From: Verrucomicrobiota bacterium
GTDB lineage: Bacteria; Verrucomicrobiota; Verrucomicrobiia; Opitutales; JABDGR01
DNA length: 64,000 nucleotides
Assembly (NCBI GenBank): GCA_048497935.1
Contig: JBEHYY010000017.1
Coordinates: 3,014 to 67,013 of the forward strand
Reading direction: 5' to 3'
The notes beneath the pieces are model-generated. The model ran no database searches. It saw only the letters and a program-made list of their open reading frames with translations, and was not told the DNA's origin. Position 1 is the first letter of the stretch; each line of letters begins with the position of its first letter. This document shows, in pieces, positions 50,033 to 59,882 of this stretch. The position numbers and the translations under genes are program-made.

Positions 50033-50803
50033 ATGTCCTATCACGGTCCCGCGTTGGAGATTGCGCGTTTTTTTGCTGATTTGCCGCCTGCGGCGCAAGC
50101 GGCGGGGTTTGCCATGGAGCGTTATGGCGAGGCGTCCGGCTGGCCCCTCTGGGCATTGAGAAAACATTCCGCCACGAAAGATGCGCCCTGGATTTACCTC
50201 GCCTCGGGCGTGCATGGCGATGAGCCGGCGGGGCCGCTGGCGTTGCTGCGCCTGGTGCGGGAGAAATTTTTCAGTGAGCAGTACAACTGGCTCATCTGCC
50301 CGGCCATCAACCCTGGCGGCCTGCAGGCCAAAACGCGCGAATGCCCCGCGGGCATTGACGTGAATCGCGACTACCGCGATCCGAAAAGCATCGAGGCGAA
50401 GCAACACCTCGCCTTCCTGCTGGGCGAGCAAGCCGCGGGCCGTCCAGGCTATGCACTGTCCATCCTGCTGCATGAGGACTGGGAATCCCAAGGCTTTTAT
50501 ATGTATGAGCTGAACCGGCAAAAGACGCCGTTGCTCGCGCCCAAGATACTTGCCGCCGTGGAGCCGATTTGCGGGGTGGACCACTCGCCCGTCATTGAGG
50601 GCATGGATGCCAAAAACGGCCTCATCACGCGGCCCATTGAAGGCTTTGAAGACCGTCCCCTCTGGCCGGAGGCACTGTGGCTGGTGATGAACCGGACCGA
50701 CCACAACATGACCCTGGAAGCCCCCTCCGCCCAACCGCTGGAGCCCCGCGTGGCGGCGCTATGCGCGGCAGTGAGAACTGCCGTCCAGGCCATGGACGTT
50801 TAA
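50033..50803 (+). CDS. M14-family metallocarboxypeptidase / succinylglutamate-desuccinylase-like protein
   Basis: Zinc-site block IYLASGVHGDEPAGPLALL, then DVNRDY and a later HED. The ATG at 50033 is preferred to the upstream extension from 49829, which overlaps pepO. Confidence 0.6.
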   Translation: MSYHGPALEIARFFADLPPAAQAAGFAMERYGEASGWPLWALRKHSATKDAPWIYLASGVHGDEPAGPLALLRLVREKFFSEQYNWLICPAINPGGLQAKTRECPAGIDVNRDYRDPKSIEAKQHLAFLLGEQAAGRPGYALSILLHEDWESQGFYMYELNRQKTPLLAPKILAAVEPICGVDHSPVIEGMDAKNGLITRPIEGFEDRPLWPEALWLVMNRTDHNMTLEAPSAQPLEPRVAALCAAVRTAVQAMDV

Positions 50804-50804
50804 T

Positions 50805-51737
50805 TTACTTTTTCAATCCGCTCGCGAGCAGTGTTTCAAAAAACGGTTCCTTCTCCTCGCGGGCGACGACCTCGACCTCGACATTCACAAAGCCCGCCTT
50901 GCGCAGCCACTGATAAAGGGAGTTTTCGGAGAAGCCCAGCCAGCGGTCGGCATAGAGTTCGTGCGCCTTTTCAAAAGTATGCTCCTTAAGGTCGAGGATG
51001 AGCACGCGGCCACCGGGCTTGAGAATGCGGTAGGCCTCGGCCAGCGCCTGCGGCGGGTGTTCGGCGTGGTGCAGAGCCTGGCTCAAGAGCGCGAGGTGGA
51101 CACTCGCCGGAGGCAGCGGCACTTTCTCGATATCGCCGAGCTTGTACTCGAGATTGGCGATGTTGTGGCGGGCGGCGAGGTCACGGCCAAACTCAACCAT
51201 CTTGGGCGCGTTATCGATGCAATAGACAAACTCCGCCTGCCGCGCGAGCAACTGGGAGAGCACGCCCTCGCCCGCGCCGAGGTCCGCAATGCGGATGGCG
51301 GGGGTGAGCCGCAGGAGCAGGTGGCCGAGGGCCTCCCACGAGCGGCCGGGGCAGTAATTCTTTCCCAGACGGCCGGCCACGGTGTTGAAGTATTCCTCGG
51401 ACTGGCGGCGACGCTTGTCGAGCACCCGCTGGAGGTTGGCGCGGTCGTCGCGCGCCTGCGGACGGTCGGCCACGACCTGCACGGCGGACTCGACGAGCTT
51501 GCGTTGCGCCTCCGGCAAATCGCCGTTGAAGGAATAGAAGGTTTTTTTGCCCTCCTTGCGGTCGGCCACGAGATCGCCCTGGCGCAACAAGGCGAGGTGC
51601 GAGGAGATGCGCGACTGGCCCATGCCGAGAATTTCCTGCAGTTCGGCGACGGAAAGCTCCTCGCGCACCAACAGACACACCAAGCGCAGGCGCGTGGGAT
51701 CGGCGATGAGCTTGAGCAACTCCCAGGGGTCAGTCAT
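50805..51737 (-). CDS. ArsR/SmtB-type HTH regulator fused to a class I SAM methyltransferase domain
   Basis: N-terminus LKLIADPTRLRLVCLLVREELSVAELQEILGMGQSRISSHLALL (ArsR wHTH). C-terminus IADLGAGEGVLSQLLA (SAM motif I) and LKPGGRVLILD. Confidence 0.85.
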   Translation of the reverse strand: MTDPWELLKLIADPTRLRLVCLLVREELSVAELQEILGMGQSRISSHLALLRQGDLVADRKEGKKTFYSFNGDLPEAQRKLVESAVQVVADRPQARDDRANLQRVLDKRRRQSEEYFNTVAGRLGKNYCPGRSWEALGHLLLRLTPAIRIADLGAGEGVLSQLLARQAEFVYCIDNAPKMVEFGRDLAARHNIANLEYKLGDIEKVPLPPASVHLALLSQALHHAEHPPQALAEAYRILKPGGRVLILDLKEHTFEKAHELYADRWLGFSENSLYQWLRKAGFVNVEVEVVAREEKEPFFETLLASGLKK

Positions 51738-51761
51738 GGGCGCGGCGGGGCGGCCAGAAGA

Positions 51762-53636
51762 TTAAACCGTCCCGGCGGGGGGCGGGGGCTCAGACGGGGC
51801 AGCCGGCGGAGGCGGCAGATCCAACACGTCACTGAACTCGGAAACCTCGCCTGCCTCATCCCCCGAAGGGAAGGGGGACGCGGTTTCCTCAATCAAATCT
51901 TCCTCGGTGGAGGCGGTGGCTTCGCCCTCAGCCGGCGTGGCAGCCTCACCGGGGGCCTTCGGCTTGGGCGCGGGCAGCGGCGGCGGGGCAAACAACTTGC
52001 CATCGCCGTATTCCACCACATAGCCCTCGGTGACAAGCCAGCGCAAATTGATGAGCAATTCGCGGAATTGCTGCTGTTGCTCCGAAGTCAATGTGGCCAG
52101 GAACGCGGTGGTGGCGGAAACTTTTTCCGCCGGGGGGGCGGCCGGAGCCTCGCCAGCGGCAGCGGGTTGTTCCGCGGCGGGCGTCGCCGGGGCGGCCGGC
52201 GCGGCAGCAGCTTCCTTTTCCGCGACCGGTTCTGCATCCTTCTTGTCCACGGGCGCCGGAAGGCCGAGGTATTCCTGGGGCAGCTTAGAGGCCGGGATCA
52301 TCGGGTGCTGCTCGATGAAGGTGATGAGCTTCTGCACGTGCTCGGCCAGCACTGTCTGCGAATCGCGGAACTTGCGCTTGACGGCACAGATGAACGAGAC
52401 GCCCTTGGAGCCCTTCTTATAAAGATTGAACTTCATCCGGCGCAGGCGACCGCGCAGGTTGTTGGCCGTCTCCAGCGGGAAACGGCGCTGCTGCATCAGG
52501 GTGGCCTCGACGGACTGGCGGATGTTGCCCTGCGGGAACTGCTCCAGCGCGCGGCCGGAGTAGCGGGCGGTGTCCATGGAGCGGACGATGGCATCCTTGC
52601 TGCGTCCGAGGAGGAATTGCCGGGCGGTGTCGAGATTGTCGAAAAATTCCGGAGCACCCTCGACAGGGGTCTTCAGCTTGTAGCGGGTGGCCTTCTTCAT
52701 CTTCTCCAACCACGCGGCGACTTGTTCGGGCTCCTTGACGAGTTCGACACGCGAAGTGAAGCGCTCGAAAGACATACCGGAGAGGCGGCGGGCATGGTGC
52801 TCGCGCAGAATCGGCTGATAGCGGTGGTAGTTGGGCGGGGCCAGCAACTCGCCGGTGATGCCGCACTTGCTCACGCCGATGAAGCTGCCCTTGGGGGGCT
52901 CGACCTCCACTTGCTCAACGGTGAAAAATTGATCGACATGCTTGTCAAAGACATGGGCGACGGCTTCCTCCTCCGATTCAAACGGCAGGTGGTCGGGCTG
53001 GCTGATGTAAATATTGACCGGCTGGTTGTCGGGCCGGGGGAAGGCCTTGATGACGACGACAAAACGCTCGGGCTTTTGCAGGATGAGCTGGGCGACCTCA
53101 AACAACTCATACGTGCGGCAGGTGCTGCGGATGGCCTTGAGCAAGGCACGGAAGGCAGCATCGTCCGGATAAAAGAGCACCTCGTGCGTCGGGCGGAAAG
53201 GCGGGGGGGTAAAGCGGCGGTCGCCTTGGCCAAAGCCACCACGGAAACCACCGGGGGGGCGGGAAGCAAAGTGCGGACGGTCACCAGCCGGCTGGGCGGG
53301 ACCCGCAGCGGGGCCATTGCCGCCAGAACCCGGCGCACCCGAGGGCGCAAACCCGGATGGTGACGGCGAACGGGGAGGACGGCGGTCGCGACGGCCACCG
53401 GGCGCGCCATTGCCAAAGCCGCCGGAATCACGGCCACCGGGGCGGTCGCTGCCTTTGCCCAGGCCACGATTGCCCATCTTGCGGGCCAAGGCGTCTGTCG
53501 ACGGCGTGGCACTCCAGTCAGGGCCGAAGGAAAGACTCTTCAGCGCGCTCAGGTCGATGCCCGACTCCTGGTGGGGAGCTTTGGGCGTGGAGGAATCCGG
53601 GGCCGATGAAGGCGCGGAGGTATCGTGGTCCGGCAT
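51762..53636 (-). CDS. Hypothetical protein with disordered Gly/Arg/Pro-rich N-terminus, ordered central region and Ala/Pro/Glu-rich C-terminus
   Basis: 624 aa. RGG-like tracts (GGRDSGGFGNGAPGGRRDRR, GGFRGGFGQGDRR). The central ~330 aa have normal globular composition and no motif I recognise. The gene ends 24 nt before the ArsR-methyltransferase start on the same strand. The antisense 800-aa ORF is rejected. Confidence 0.65.
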   Translation of the reverse strand: MPDHDTSAPSSAPDSSTPKAPHQESGIDLSALKSLSFGPDWSATPSTDALARKMGNRGLGKGSDRPGGRDSGGFGNGAPGGRRDRRPPRSPSPSGFAPSGAPGSGGNGPAAGPAQPAGDRPHFASRPPGGFRGGFGQGDRRFTPPPFRPTHEVLFYPDDAAFRALLKAIRSTCRTYELFEVAQLILQKPERFVVVIKAFPRPDNQPVNIYISQPDHLPFESEEEAVAHVFDKHVDQFFTVEQVEVEPPKGSFIGVSKCGITGELLAPPNYHRYQPILREHHARRLSGMSFERFTSRVELVKEPEQVAAWLEKMKKATRYKLKTPVEGAPEFFDNLDTARQFLLGRSKDAIVRSMDTARYSGRALEQFPQGNIRQSVEATLMQQRRFPLETANNLRGRLRRMKFNLYKKGSKGVSFICAVKRKFRDSQTVLAEHVQKLITFIEQHPMIPASKLPQEYLGLPAPVDKKDAEPVAEKEAAAAPAAPATPAAEQPAAAGEAPAAPPAEKVSATTAFLATLTSEQQQQFRELLINLRWLVTEGYVVEYGDGKLFAPPPLPAPKPKAPGEAATPAEGEATASTEEDLIEETASPFPSGDEAGEVSEFSDVLDLPPPPAAPSEPPPPAGTV

Positions 53637-53790
53637 CTTGTCTCAATTCGCTTTGGTCTATAGAGTGGGCTAAACCTCCTTCCGCAGCAAGCGCGGAATT
53701 GAGGGACTGGAAAAGGGGCCCCTTGGACGTAAAAACCGCCGATTCACCGCAACCTTGCCCGGCGCCTGCTTGTCGGTCAGGCTGGAGAAA

Positions 53791-54951
53791 ATGCCTCAAC
53801 GGAATACTTTATATCTGCTGGCGGTGGCCGGCTCCTGGTGGCTGGGCGCCACGGCGGCGGCTGGGGACTCCACGGCTACCGATGCGCTGACCATTGTGCC
53901 TGCCGCCCCACCGGCCACCACGGGCCCGGCCTCGGCCCCCAAAGCCACCCTGCCCTTCACCGTTGATAACTGGCAGGCCTATATGCAATCGCCGGTAAAG
54001 CCGTCGCGCAGCCATGCCTTCCAAGGCGACGACGGCAATGCAGTGGTGCCGACCTCAGCGCCAGCCGCACCGCCTCCCTCCATTGTCATCTCCACCACCT
54101 CGGCAGCCACCCGGGCACCCCTGGCCCTGAAGCCCAAACCGGGCGGCAATGACGACCGCCTCGCCGCCATCGCCATCGAAGACCGCGATTTTTTTGCCAC
54201 ACTGGCCAAAGACCCCCAAGCCTGGCCTGAAGAAGAGCGCGACCGCCGCGCACAGGCGCTGCACGACCAATACTGGCTTTACCTGGCGGAGTTCCCCAGC
54301 GACACCAATGCCGTCATCCTTTATGGCAAACTGCTCAACCGCACCGGCCAGCGCGATGCGGCCTTTGCCGCCTTCACGCGGGCGGATGCGCTGAATCCGA
54401 AAATCGCGGTCGTCAAACAACAGTTGGGCAACCACCTCGCTGAAAATGGCAGCTACACCGCGGCGCTCGAAATGTTCCGCAAAGCGGTGGCCCTGGCACC
54501 GGGCGAGCCGCTTTATCATTATCAAATCGGTGAGCTGCTGAACTTTTTTTACGAAGGATTTCTCAAGGACAAAATTTTTGACCAAGCCAGCATCAATAAA
54601 ACCATGGAGGCGGAGTTTGGCTATGCCGCGGCACTGGCGTCGAAGACGACCGTCTATGCCTGGCGCCATGCGCTTTGCTACTATGATATGCTGGATCCGG
54701 ACTGGAACGCCGCGCTGAAAGCCTGGGCCGATCTGGCGCAAACGACCACTGATGAACTGGAGCTGGCCGTCATCCGCCTGCACCGGGCCCGGGTGTTGGT
54801 GGAACTGGCGCGCTATGACGAAGCGCGCCCATTGCTGGCCCAACCCCTGCCCCAGAAACTGGAACCCCTGCGCGCCGCACTGGCCCAACGGCTGGAAAAC
54901 GCCACCAGCCCCAAACCCCCGGCACCCGCCGGGCCGCCGCCCGCTTCCTGA
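53791..54951 (+). CDS. Secreted TPR-repeat protein
   Basis: Signal peptide MPQRNTLYLLAVAGSWWLGATAAA, Pro/Ala linker, and several TPR-like units (AVILYGKLLNRTGQRDAAFAAFTRADALNP, YTAALEMFRKAVALAP). Confidence 0.7.
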   Translation: MPQRNTLYLLAVAGSWWLGATAAAGDSTATDALTIVPAAPPATTGPASAPKATLPFTVDNWQAYMQSPVKPSRSHAFQGDDGNAVVPTSAPAAPPPSIVISTTSAATRAPLALKPKPGGNDDRLAAIAIEDRDFFATLAKDPQAWPEEERDRRAQALHDQYWLYLAEFPSDTNAVILYGKLLNRTGQRDAAFAAFTRADALNPKIAVVKQQLGNHLAENGSYTAALEMFRKAVALAPGEPLYHYQIGELLNFFYEGFLKDKIFDQASINKTMEAEFGYAAALASKTTVYAWRHALCYYDMLDPDWNAALKAWADLAQTTTDELELAVIRLHRARVLVELARYDEARPLLAQPLPQKLEPLRAALAQRLENATSPKPPAPAGPPPAS

Positions 54952-54988
54952 TTGCCAACGCAACGTCTTTCACGATGCTTAACCCGCC

Positions 54989-55651
54989 ATGAATCCGGAC
55001 AACGTCCAACGTATTGAACAGGGGCTGATCCTCTACCTCATCCTCTGCGGAAGCATTGCCCTGCACGAATTTGGCCATGCCAAGGCGGCAGACAAGCTGG
55101 GAGACTTTTTGCCGCGCAGCCAGGGGCGCGTGACGCTGAACCCCTTTGCGCACCTCGACCCCATCGGCACGGGGCTCATCCCGCTGGCGGGCATTTTCCT
55201 GAATCTGCCCTTTGCCATGATCGGCTGGGGCAAGCCCGTGCAAATCTCCCTGCCCTATCCGGCGACGCGGATGCGCGACGACATCCTCATCACCCTGGCC
55301 GGCCCGGCGATGAATGTCCTGATCGCACTGGGAGCCACCTTGCTCCATGCGCTGGTGTGGCATATGCCGGAGTCGCCGGTTTTTAAATTAATTCCGCTAC
55401 TGAACATGGTGGTGGTGATGAATTGCATGTTGATCGCATTCAACCTCATTCCCATTCCGCCGCTGGATGGCTCGCACATCATGCGCTACCTCGTGGGCAT
55501 GTCGGAGGAAACCTATCAGAAGTTCTGCGCCAATGGCTGGTGGATCCTGCTCGTGCTGATTAATCTCGGGCCTTTTCAAAGCTTTTTGAACCGCATGATT
55601 GTCCTCGTGGCCACACCGTTTGGCTGGTTGGTGGATGTGTTGACCCGGTGA
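54989..55651 (+). CDS. Site-2 protease (M50) family membrane metalloprotease, minimal form
   Basis: HEFGHAKAA zinc motif in TM1 and the downstream NLIPIPPLDGSH motif. 220 aa, no PDZ domain. Confidence 0.8.
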   Translation: MNPDNVQRIEQGLILYLILCGSIALHEFGHAKAADKLGDFLPRSQGRVTLNPFAHLDPIGTGLIPLAGIFLNLPFAMIGWGKPVQISLPYPATRMRDDILITLAGPAMNVLIALGATLLHALVWHMPESPVFKLIPLLNMVVVMNCMLIAFNLIPIPPLDGSHIMRYLVGMSEETYQKFCANGWWILLVLINLGPFQSFLNRMIVLVATPFGWLVDVLTR

Positions 55652-55698
55652 TTTTCCGCCTTGGCAAAACGGGGTGCGCCAAGACAGACTGGCGGGCT

Positions 55699-56724
55699 AT
55701 GAACGTACTTGTCGTCGGCGGCGCGGGCTATATCGGCAGCCATTGCGTGCGCCAGCTCCTCGCGCAAAAGCACCGCCCCGTGGTGGTGGACAACCTGGTG
55801 TATGGCCACCGCGCGGCCGTGGCCAAAGGCGTGCCGTTCTACAATGCGGACCTGGGCGACGGAAAGGCCATGCGCGCCATTTTGAAAAAGCACCGCATCG
55901 AGCTGGTGATGCACTTTGCGGCGTATTGCTACGTGGGGGAGTCCGTCACCGCGCCGCTCAAGTATTACCAGAACAATCTCGCCGCGCCGCTGAACCTGCT
56001 GGAGGCCATGCTGGAGGTGGGCGTGAAAAAATTTGTGCTCTCCTCGACCTGCGCCACCTACGGCATCCCGAAGAAAATGCCGCTCACGGAGGATGCAGTG
56101 CAGCAGCCCATCAACCCCTACGGCGAATCCAAGCTTTACCTCGAAAACGTGCTCAAGGCCCTGGCCCGTTCGGATGGATTGAGCTTTGCCGCCCTGCGCT
56201 ACTTCAATGCGGCAGGCGACGCCGCGGACGGCACCATTGGCGAGGACCATGACCCGGAGACGCACCTCATCCCGCTCGTCATTGCCCAAGCGCTCGGCCA
56301 GCGGCCCGCTGTCCAGATTTTCGGCGATGACTACCCCACCCCCGACGGCACCTGCCTGCGCGACTATGTGCATGTGGACGACCTGTCGCGCGCGCACATT
56401 CTGGTATTCAAGAAACTCGCCAAGCCCGGCACCCAGCTCTTCTACAATCTGGGCACGGGCACGCCCAATTCCGTGCGCGAAGTCATCACGGCGGTGGAGA
56501 AAGTCTCCGGCAAAAAAATCACCGTGAAGCTGGCCCCCCGCCGCGCCGGCGACCCGCCCGCGCTGTACGCCGACAACCGCAAGGCCGTGCGCGAGCTGGG
56601 TTGGAAAATCAAGCACACCACGCTCGACTCCATCGTCGAGACCGCGTGGAAGTGGCATAGCACGCATCCGCAGGGTTTTAACGACAAAAAGAAGGCCGGT
56701 GAATCACCCAAAAAGAAAACCTGA
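55699..56724 (+). CDS. galE: UDP-glucose 4-epimerase
   Basis: MNVLVVGGAGYIGSH Rossmann motif, catalytic YGESK, RYFNAAG, DGTCLRDYVHVDDL. ATG at 55699. Confidence 0.92.
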   Translation: MNVLVVGGAGYIGSHCVRQLLAQKHRPVVVDNLVYGHRAAVAKGVPFYNADLGDGKAMRAILKKHRIELVMHFAAYCYVGESVTAPLKYYQNNLAAPLNLLEAMLEVGVKKFVLSSTCATYGIPKKMPLTEDAVQQPINPYGESKLYLENVLKALARSDGLSFAALRYFNAAGDAADGTIGEDHDPETHLIPLVIAQALGQRPAVQIFGDDYPTPDGTCLRDYVHVDDLSRAHILVFKKLAKPGTQLFYNLGTGTPNSVREVITAVEKVSGKKITVKLAPRRAGDPPALYADNRKAVRELGWKIKHTTLDSIVETAWKWHSTHPQGFNDKKKAGESPKKKT

Positions 56725-56768
56725 AATGTCACCGTGGCGTTTTCTTTCCCAAGGAGGAGACCGCCTCC

Positions 56769-57434
56769 TTAAGGTTGTCGAATTCTGCCAAAATACGCCA
56801 GCCCCAGCACATGCGTTAAAAAGAAAATGCAAACTTGGATTATGATCAGCCAAAAGATCTGGCTAAACTGGTTATGCGCAAGGGTGACAACCTGGTTCAG
56901 CTCCTCGTCGGTTTTGGAGTTGGCCGCAAGCAATTCAGCATCCCGGCCGGTTGGCTGGTAAGTCACAAAAGAACCATCATCCCTTTGGTAGGGCAAGGAG
57001 AGCCCAGCGACGGTGTAAATGAACCTTGCCCGGCCCTGCTTCTCCTCTTCCGTCCGAGCTGACGCCAGAGCGTTTAGCTGAGTATCCAGCATGCGGGCCG
57101 AAGAAAGCTCGTAAAACCTCATGTAAGTCATTGCAAAATAAATGCCACTTACACCCTGCAGGCCTACATTGAACAGAAACATACCCAGGAAGGCCAAGGC
57201 ATAAATCCCGACCGCCAATCGGGCCGTGGAAACGGAAAAAAACGCCCGTAGGGAAACAAGGAACCCGATTGACGCGATGACTGTAAATACGATTATCCCG
57301 CTCCATTGCACCGCTGATCCGCCAAGCCATTCCGGGGCCAATCGCTTGCCCATTAAAAGAAAAAGCCACAATAATAACGCAACCCCAGACAGTAATTTTA
57401 TTTTAGCTGGCTTCATCCTAGATTTCCTATGCAA
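56769..57434 (-). CDS. Hypothetical integral membrane protein in an AT-richer pocket
   Basis: 221 aa with four or five hydrophobic segments and a central soluble loop. No recognisable motif. Base composition is visibly lower in GC than the flanks. Confidence 0.55.
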   Translation of the reverse strand: MHRKSRMKPAKIKLLSGVALLLWLFLLMGKRLAPEWLGGSAVQWSGIIVFTVIASIGFLVSLRAFFSVSTARLAVGIYALAFLGMFLFNVGLQGVSGIYFAMTYMRFYELSSARMLDTQLNALASARTEEEKQGRARFIYTVAGLSLPYQRDDGSFVTYQPTGRDAELLAANSKTDEELNQVVTLAHNQFSQIFWLIIIQVCIFFLTHVLGLAYFGRIRQP

Positions 57435-57496
57435 CTTAAAATCACCGCCTTCAATAGATTTCCACTAAAAAATAATGACGGCAATGGACACCCCGC

Positions 57497-59023
57497 CTAC
57501 TTCGGCATCGAATCCACGCGCTTGCGCAAAGTGGCGCGGGTGATGCCCAGGAGGGCGGCAGCTTTGACGTGGTTGCCGTCGGTTTCCTTGAGGGCACGCT
57601 CAATCATCGCTATCTCGATTTTCTCCAGAATATTCTCGTCCGCGCCCGCGCGAATCAATTGGTACAGCGCATCGTAGGCGGCGGACAGGGATGAGGCAGG
57701 CGAAGCAGAAGCGGGAACATCAACAGCCGGAGCGGAAGGCACCGGGGAAACGACCGGAGCCGGCGTGGAAGCTGCAACAGGTTTGACCACCGCTGCGGGG
57801 GTAAAAGGTGACGAGGTGCCACCGGGCACGGCGCTCACAATTTCGCGCGGGAGGTCCTTGACGAGCACGGTGTCCCCCTGGGCGACGACGCCGCTGCGAT
57901 AGACCGTATTCTCCAGCTCGCGCACATTGCCCGGCCAGGTGTAGGCGCAGAGCACGGCCAGCGCCTCCGGCGAGACTTTGCGCGCGCGGATTTTCTTCTC
58001 GCTGGCCAGGCGCTGGAGCATGAAGTCCACCAGCGACGGCACGTCGGCCAGGCGCTCGCGCAGCGGCGGCAGCTTGATGCGCACGACATTGAGGCGGTAG
58101 TAAAGGTCTTCGCGGAAAATTTTGTCGGCGACGAGTTTTTCCAAATCCTTGTTCGTCGCGGCGATGAGGCGAACGTTGACCTGGATGGTCTCGCTGCCGC
58201 CGACGCGCTGGATCTCGCCCTCCTGGATGGCGCGCAGGATTTTCGTCTGCGTGGAGAGGGTCATGTCGCCGATTTCGTCGAGAAAGATGGTGCCGCCGTC
58301 GCAAAGCTCGAACTTGCCGATGCGCTGGGCGGTGGCACCGGTGAAGGAGCCCTTTTCGTGGCCAAAGAGCTCGCTCTCGATGAGGTTTTCGGGAATGGCG
58401 GCGCAGTTGACGGCGATGAAGGTCTTTTGCGCGCGATGGCTGTGCTGCCAGAGGCAGCGGGCGACGAGCTCTTTGCCCGTGCCGCTCTCGCCAGTGATCA
58501 TGACCGTCACATCGCTGGCTGCGACCTGGCCAATGACCTTGAAGACCTCCTGCATCGGCTCGGAGTTGCCGACGATGCCTTCCTTGTAGTCCTCGCTGCG
58601 CAGGAGCGGCGTATAGGCGGTGCCGGTGGCGGCATATAAGTCCGCCCAGGCCTTGACGGCGTTTTCGACAAGGGTGAGGATTTTCTTGTGGTCGAAAGGC
58701 TTGATGACGTAGTCGAAGGCGCCGAACTTCATGGCCTCGATGGCCGTCTGCGTGGTGCCAAAGGCCGTCATCAGGATGATCATGCACTTGGGCGCGGTGG
58801 AGCGCAGGTGCTGGAGCGTCTCGAGGCCGCTGATGCCGGTCATGCGGTTGTCGAGCAGGATGACTTGGGGCTTTTCCTTGGCCGCGACTTTGAGGCCCTC
58901 CTCGCCGCTGGCCGCCGTCAGCAAACGGTAGGGCCGGCCGGACAACACGCGTTGCAGCGAATAACGAATTTCCGAGTCGTCATCAATGACGAGGACTGTT
59001 GTGGTGGAGGCGGATTCGGCCAT
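57497..59023 (-). CDS. Sigma-54-dependent response regulator (NtrC family)
   Basis: Receiver domain (VLVIDDD.., [19 protein letters not shown]). AAA+ sigma-54 interaction domain ([27 protein letters not shown]). C-terminal Fis-type HTH ([19 protein letters not shown]). ATG at 59023. Confidence 0.92.
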   Translation of the reverse strand: MAESASTTTVLVIDDDSEIRYSLQRVLSGRPYRLLTAASGEEGLKVAAKEKPQVILLDNRMTGISGLETLQHLRSTAPKCMIILMTAFGTTQTAIEAMKFGAFDYVIKPFDHKKILTLVENAVKAWADLYAATGTAYTPLLRSEDYKEGIVGNSEPMQEVFKVIGQVAASDVTVMITGESGTGKELVARCLWQHSHRAQKTFIAVNCAAIPENLIESELFGHEKGSFTGATAQRIGKFELCDGGTIFLDEIGDMTLSTQTKILRAIQEGEIQRVGGSETIQVNVRLIAATNKDLEKLVADKIFREDLYYRLNVVRIKLPPLRERLADVPSLVDFMLQRLASEKKIRARKVSPEALAVLCAYTWPGNVRELENTVYRSGVVAQGDTVLVKDLPREIVSAVPGGTSSPFTPAAVVKPVAASTPAPVVSPVPSAPAVDVPASASPASSLSAAYDALYQLIRAGADENILEKIEIAMIERALKETDGNHVKAAALLGITRATLRKRVDSMPK

Positions 59024-59079
59024 ATAACTGGGTGGGGAGGCGGCCCTTGCCGCCTGCCAACCCAATAAGATTCCCTGTC

Positions 59080-59781
59080 ATGCCTCTCCGGTCAATGAAG
59101 TTATTCCAGATTCGGGGCATCCGCCTGGAGCTGCACCCGACGTTTTATCTGCTGCCCCTGTACATCATCGGGCGGGGTTGGTGGAGCGAAGGCTGGGAAG
59201 GCGCGCTGGGGGCGCTGCTGGCGCTGGTGCTCATCTATACCAGCGTGGTGCTGCATGAATTTGGCCATGCGCTGACGGCCATCAAGCTGGGCATCCCCGT
59301 GCGGCGCATTCTCCTGCTGCCAACCGGGGGGCTCGCGCTGCTCGACCACCTGCCGCGCAACCCCGTCAAAGAACTGCTGATCATCGCCGCCGGCCCGGCC
59401 GTCAATTTCATCATCGCGGGCCTGTGCCTGGCGGGACTACACGGCTGGCCAGAAAACTGGGAGGATTATACCGATGCCTCCCTGAGCGTGGGCGACGTGG
59501 TGCGCTTTCTTTTGGTGTCCAATATTGCGCTGGGGTGCTTCAACCTGCTGCCGGCCTTTCCCATGGATGGCGGCCGGATTCTGCGTGCGCTGTTGGTCTT
59601 CAAGTTCGATTATGTGCGCGCCACCCGCTACGCGGTATTGGTCGGGCAATGGGTGGCGGCAGGGGGCATCGCGTACGCGTTGTTCACGGGTTCGTTCATG
59701 CTGGCCGTCTTGTTCATCTTCATCCTCGTGGTTGGGGCGCGGGAATACCGCTATGTGCTCCAGGAAGAAACCCGGTCGTAA
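59080..59781 (+). CDS. Site-2 protease (M50) family membrane metalloprotease, second paralogue
   Basis: VLHEFGHALTA zinc motif and FNLLPAFPMDGGR. Start at 59080 or 59095. Confidence 0.8.
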   Translation: MPLRSMKLFQIRGIRLELHPTFYLLPLYIIGRGWWSEGWEGALGALLALVLIYTSVVLHEFGHALTAIKLGIPVRRILLLPTGGLALLDHLPRNPVKELLIIAAGPAVNFIIAGLCLAGLHGWPENWEDYTDASLSVGDVVRFLLVSNIALGCFNLLPAFPMDGGRILRALLVFKFDYVRATRYAVLVGQWVAAGGIAYALFTGSFMLAVLFIFILVVGAREYRYVLQEETRS

Positions 59782-59882
59782 CCCCGTAACCGTCCTGGCA
59801 AACACCTCGACCATGGCAAATCCCGCTGATCCGGAAATCGACCGTTGACACTCGCTGCGACAAGACATTGCTATTGCCCGTT

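Noticed and set aside
50961-53363. 800-aa plus-strand ORF
   Set aside because: It is antisense to the ArsR-methyltransferase and the 624-aa hypothetical gene. Its sequence is Gly/Arg/Ala/Leu low-complexity throughout. The minus-strand frames have a clear ArsR HTH and SAM motif, and a globular central region.
56751-56770. Hairpin AAGGAGG-AGACCG-CCTCCTT between galE and the AT-rich membrane protein gene, a possible terminator
   Set aside because: No U-tract follows on either strand, and it overlaps the minus-strand stop codon. It is at best a weak or Rho-assisted terminator.
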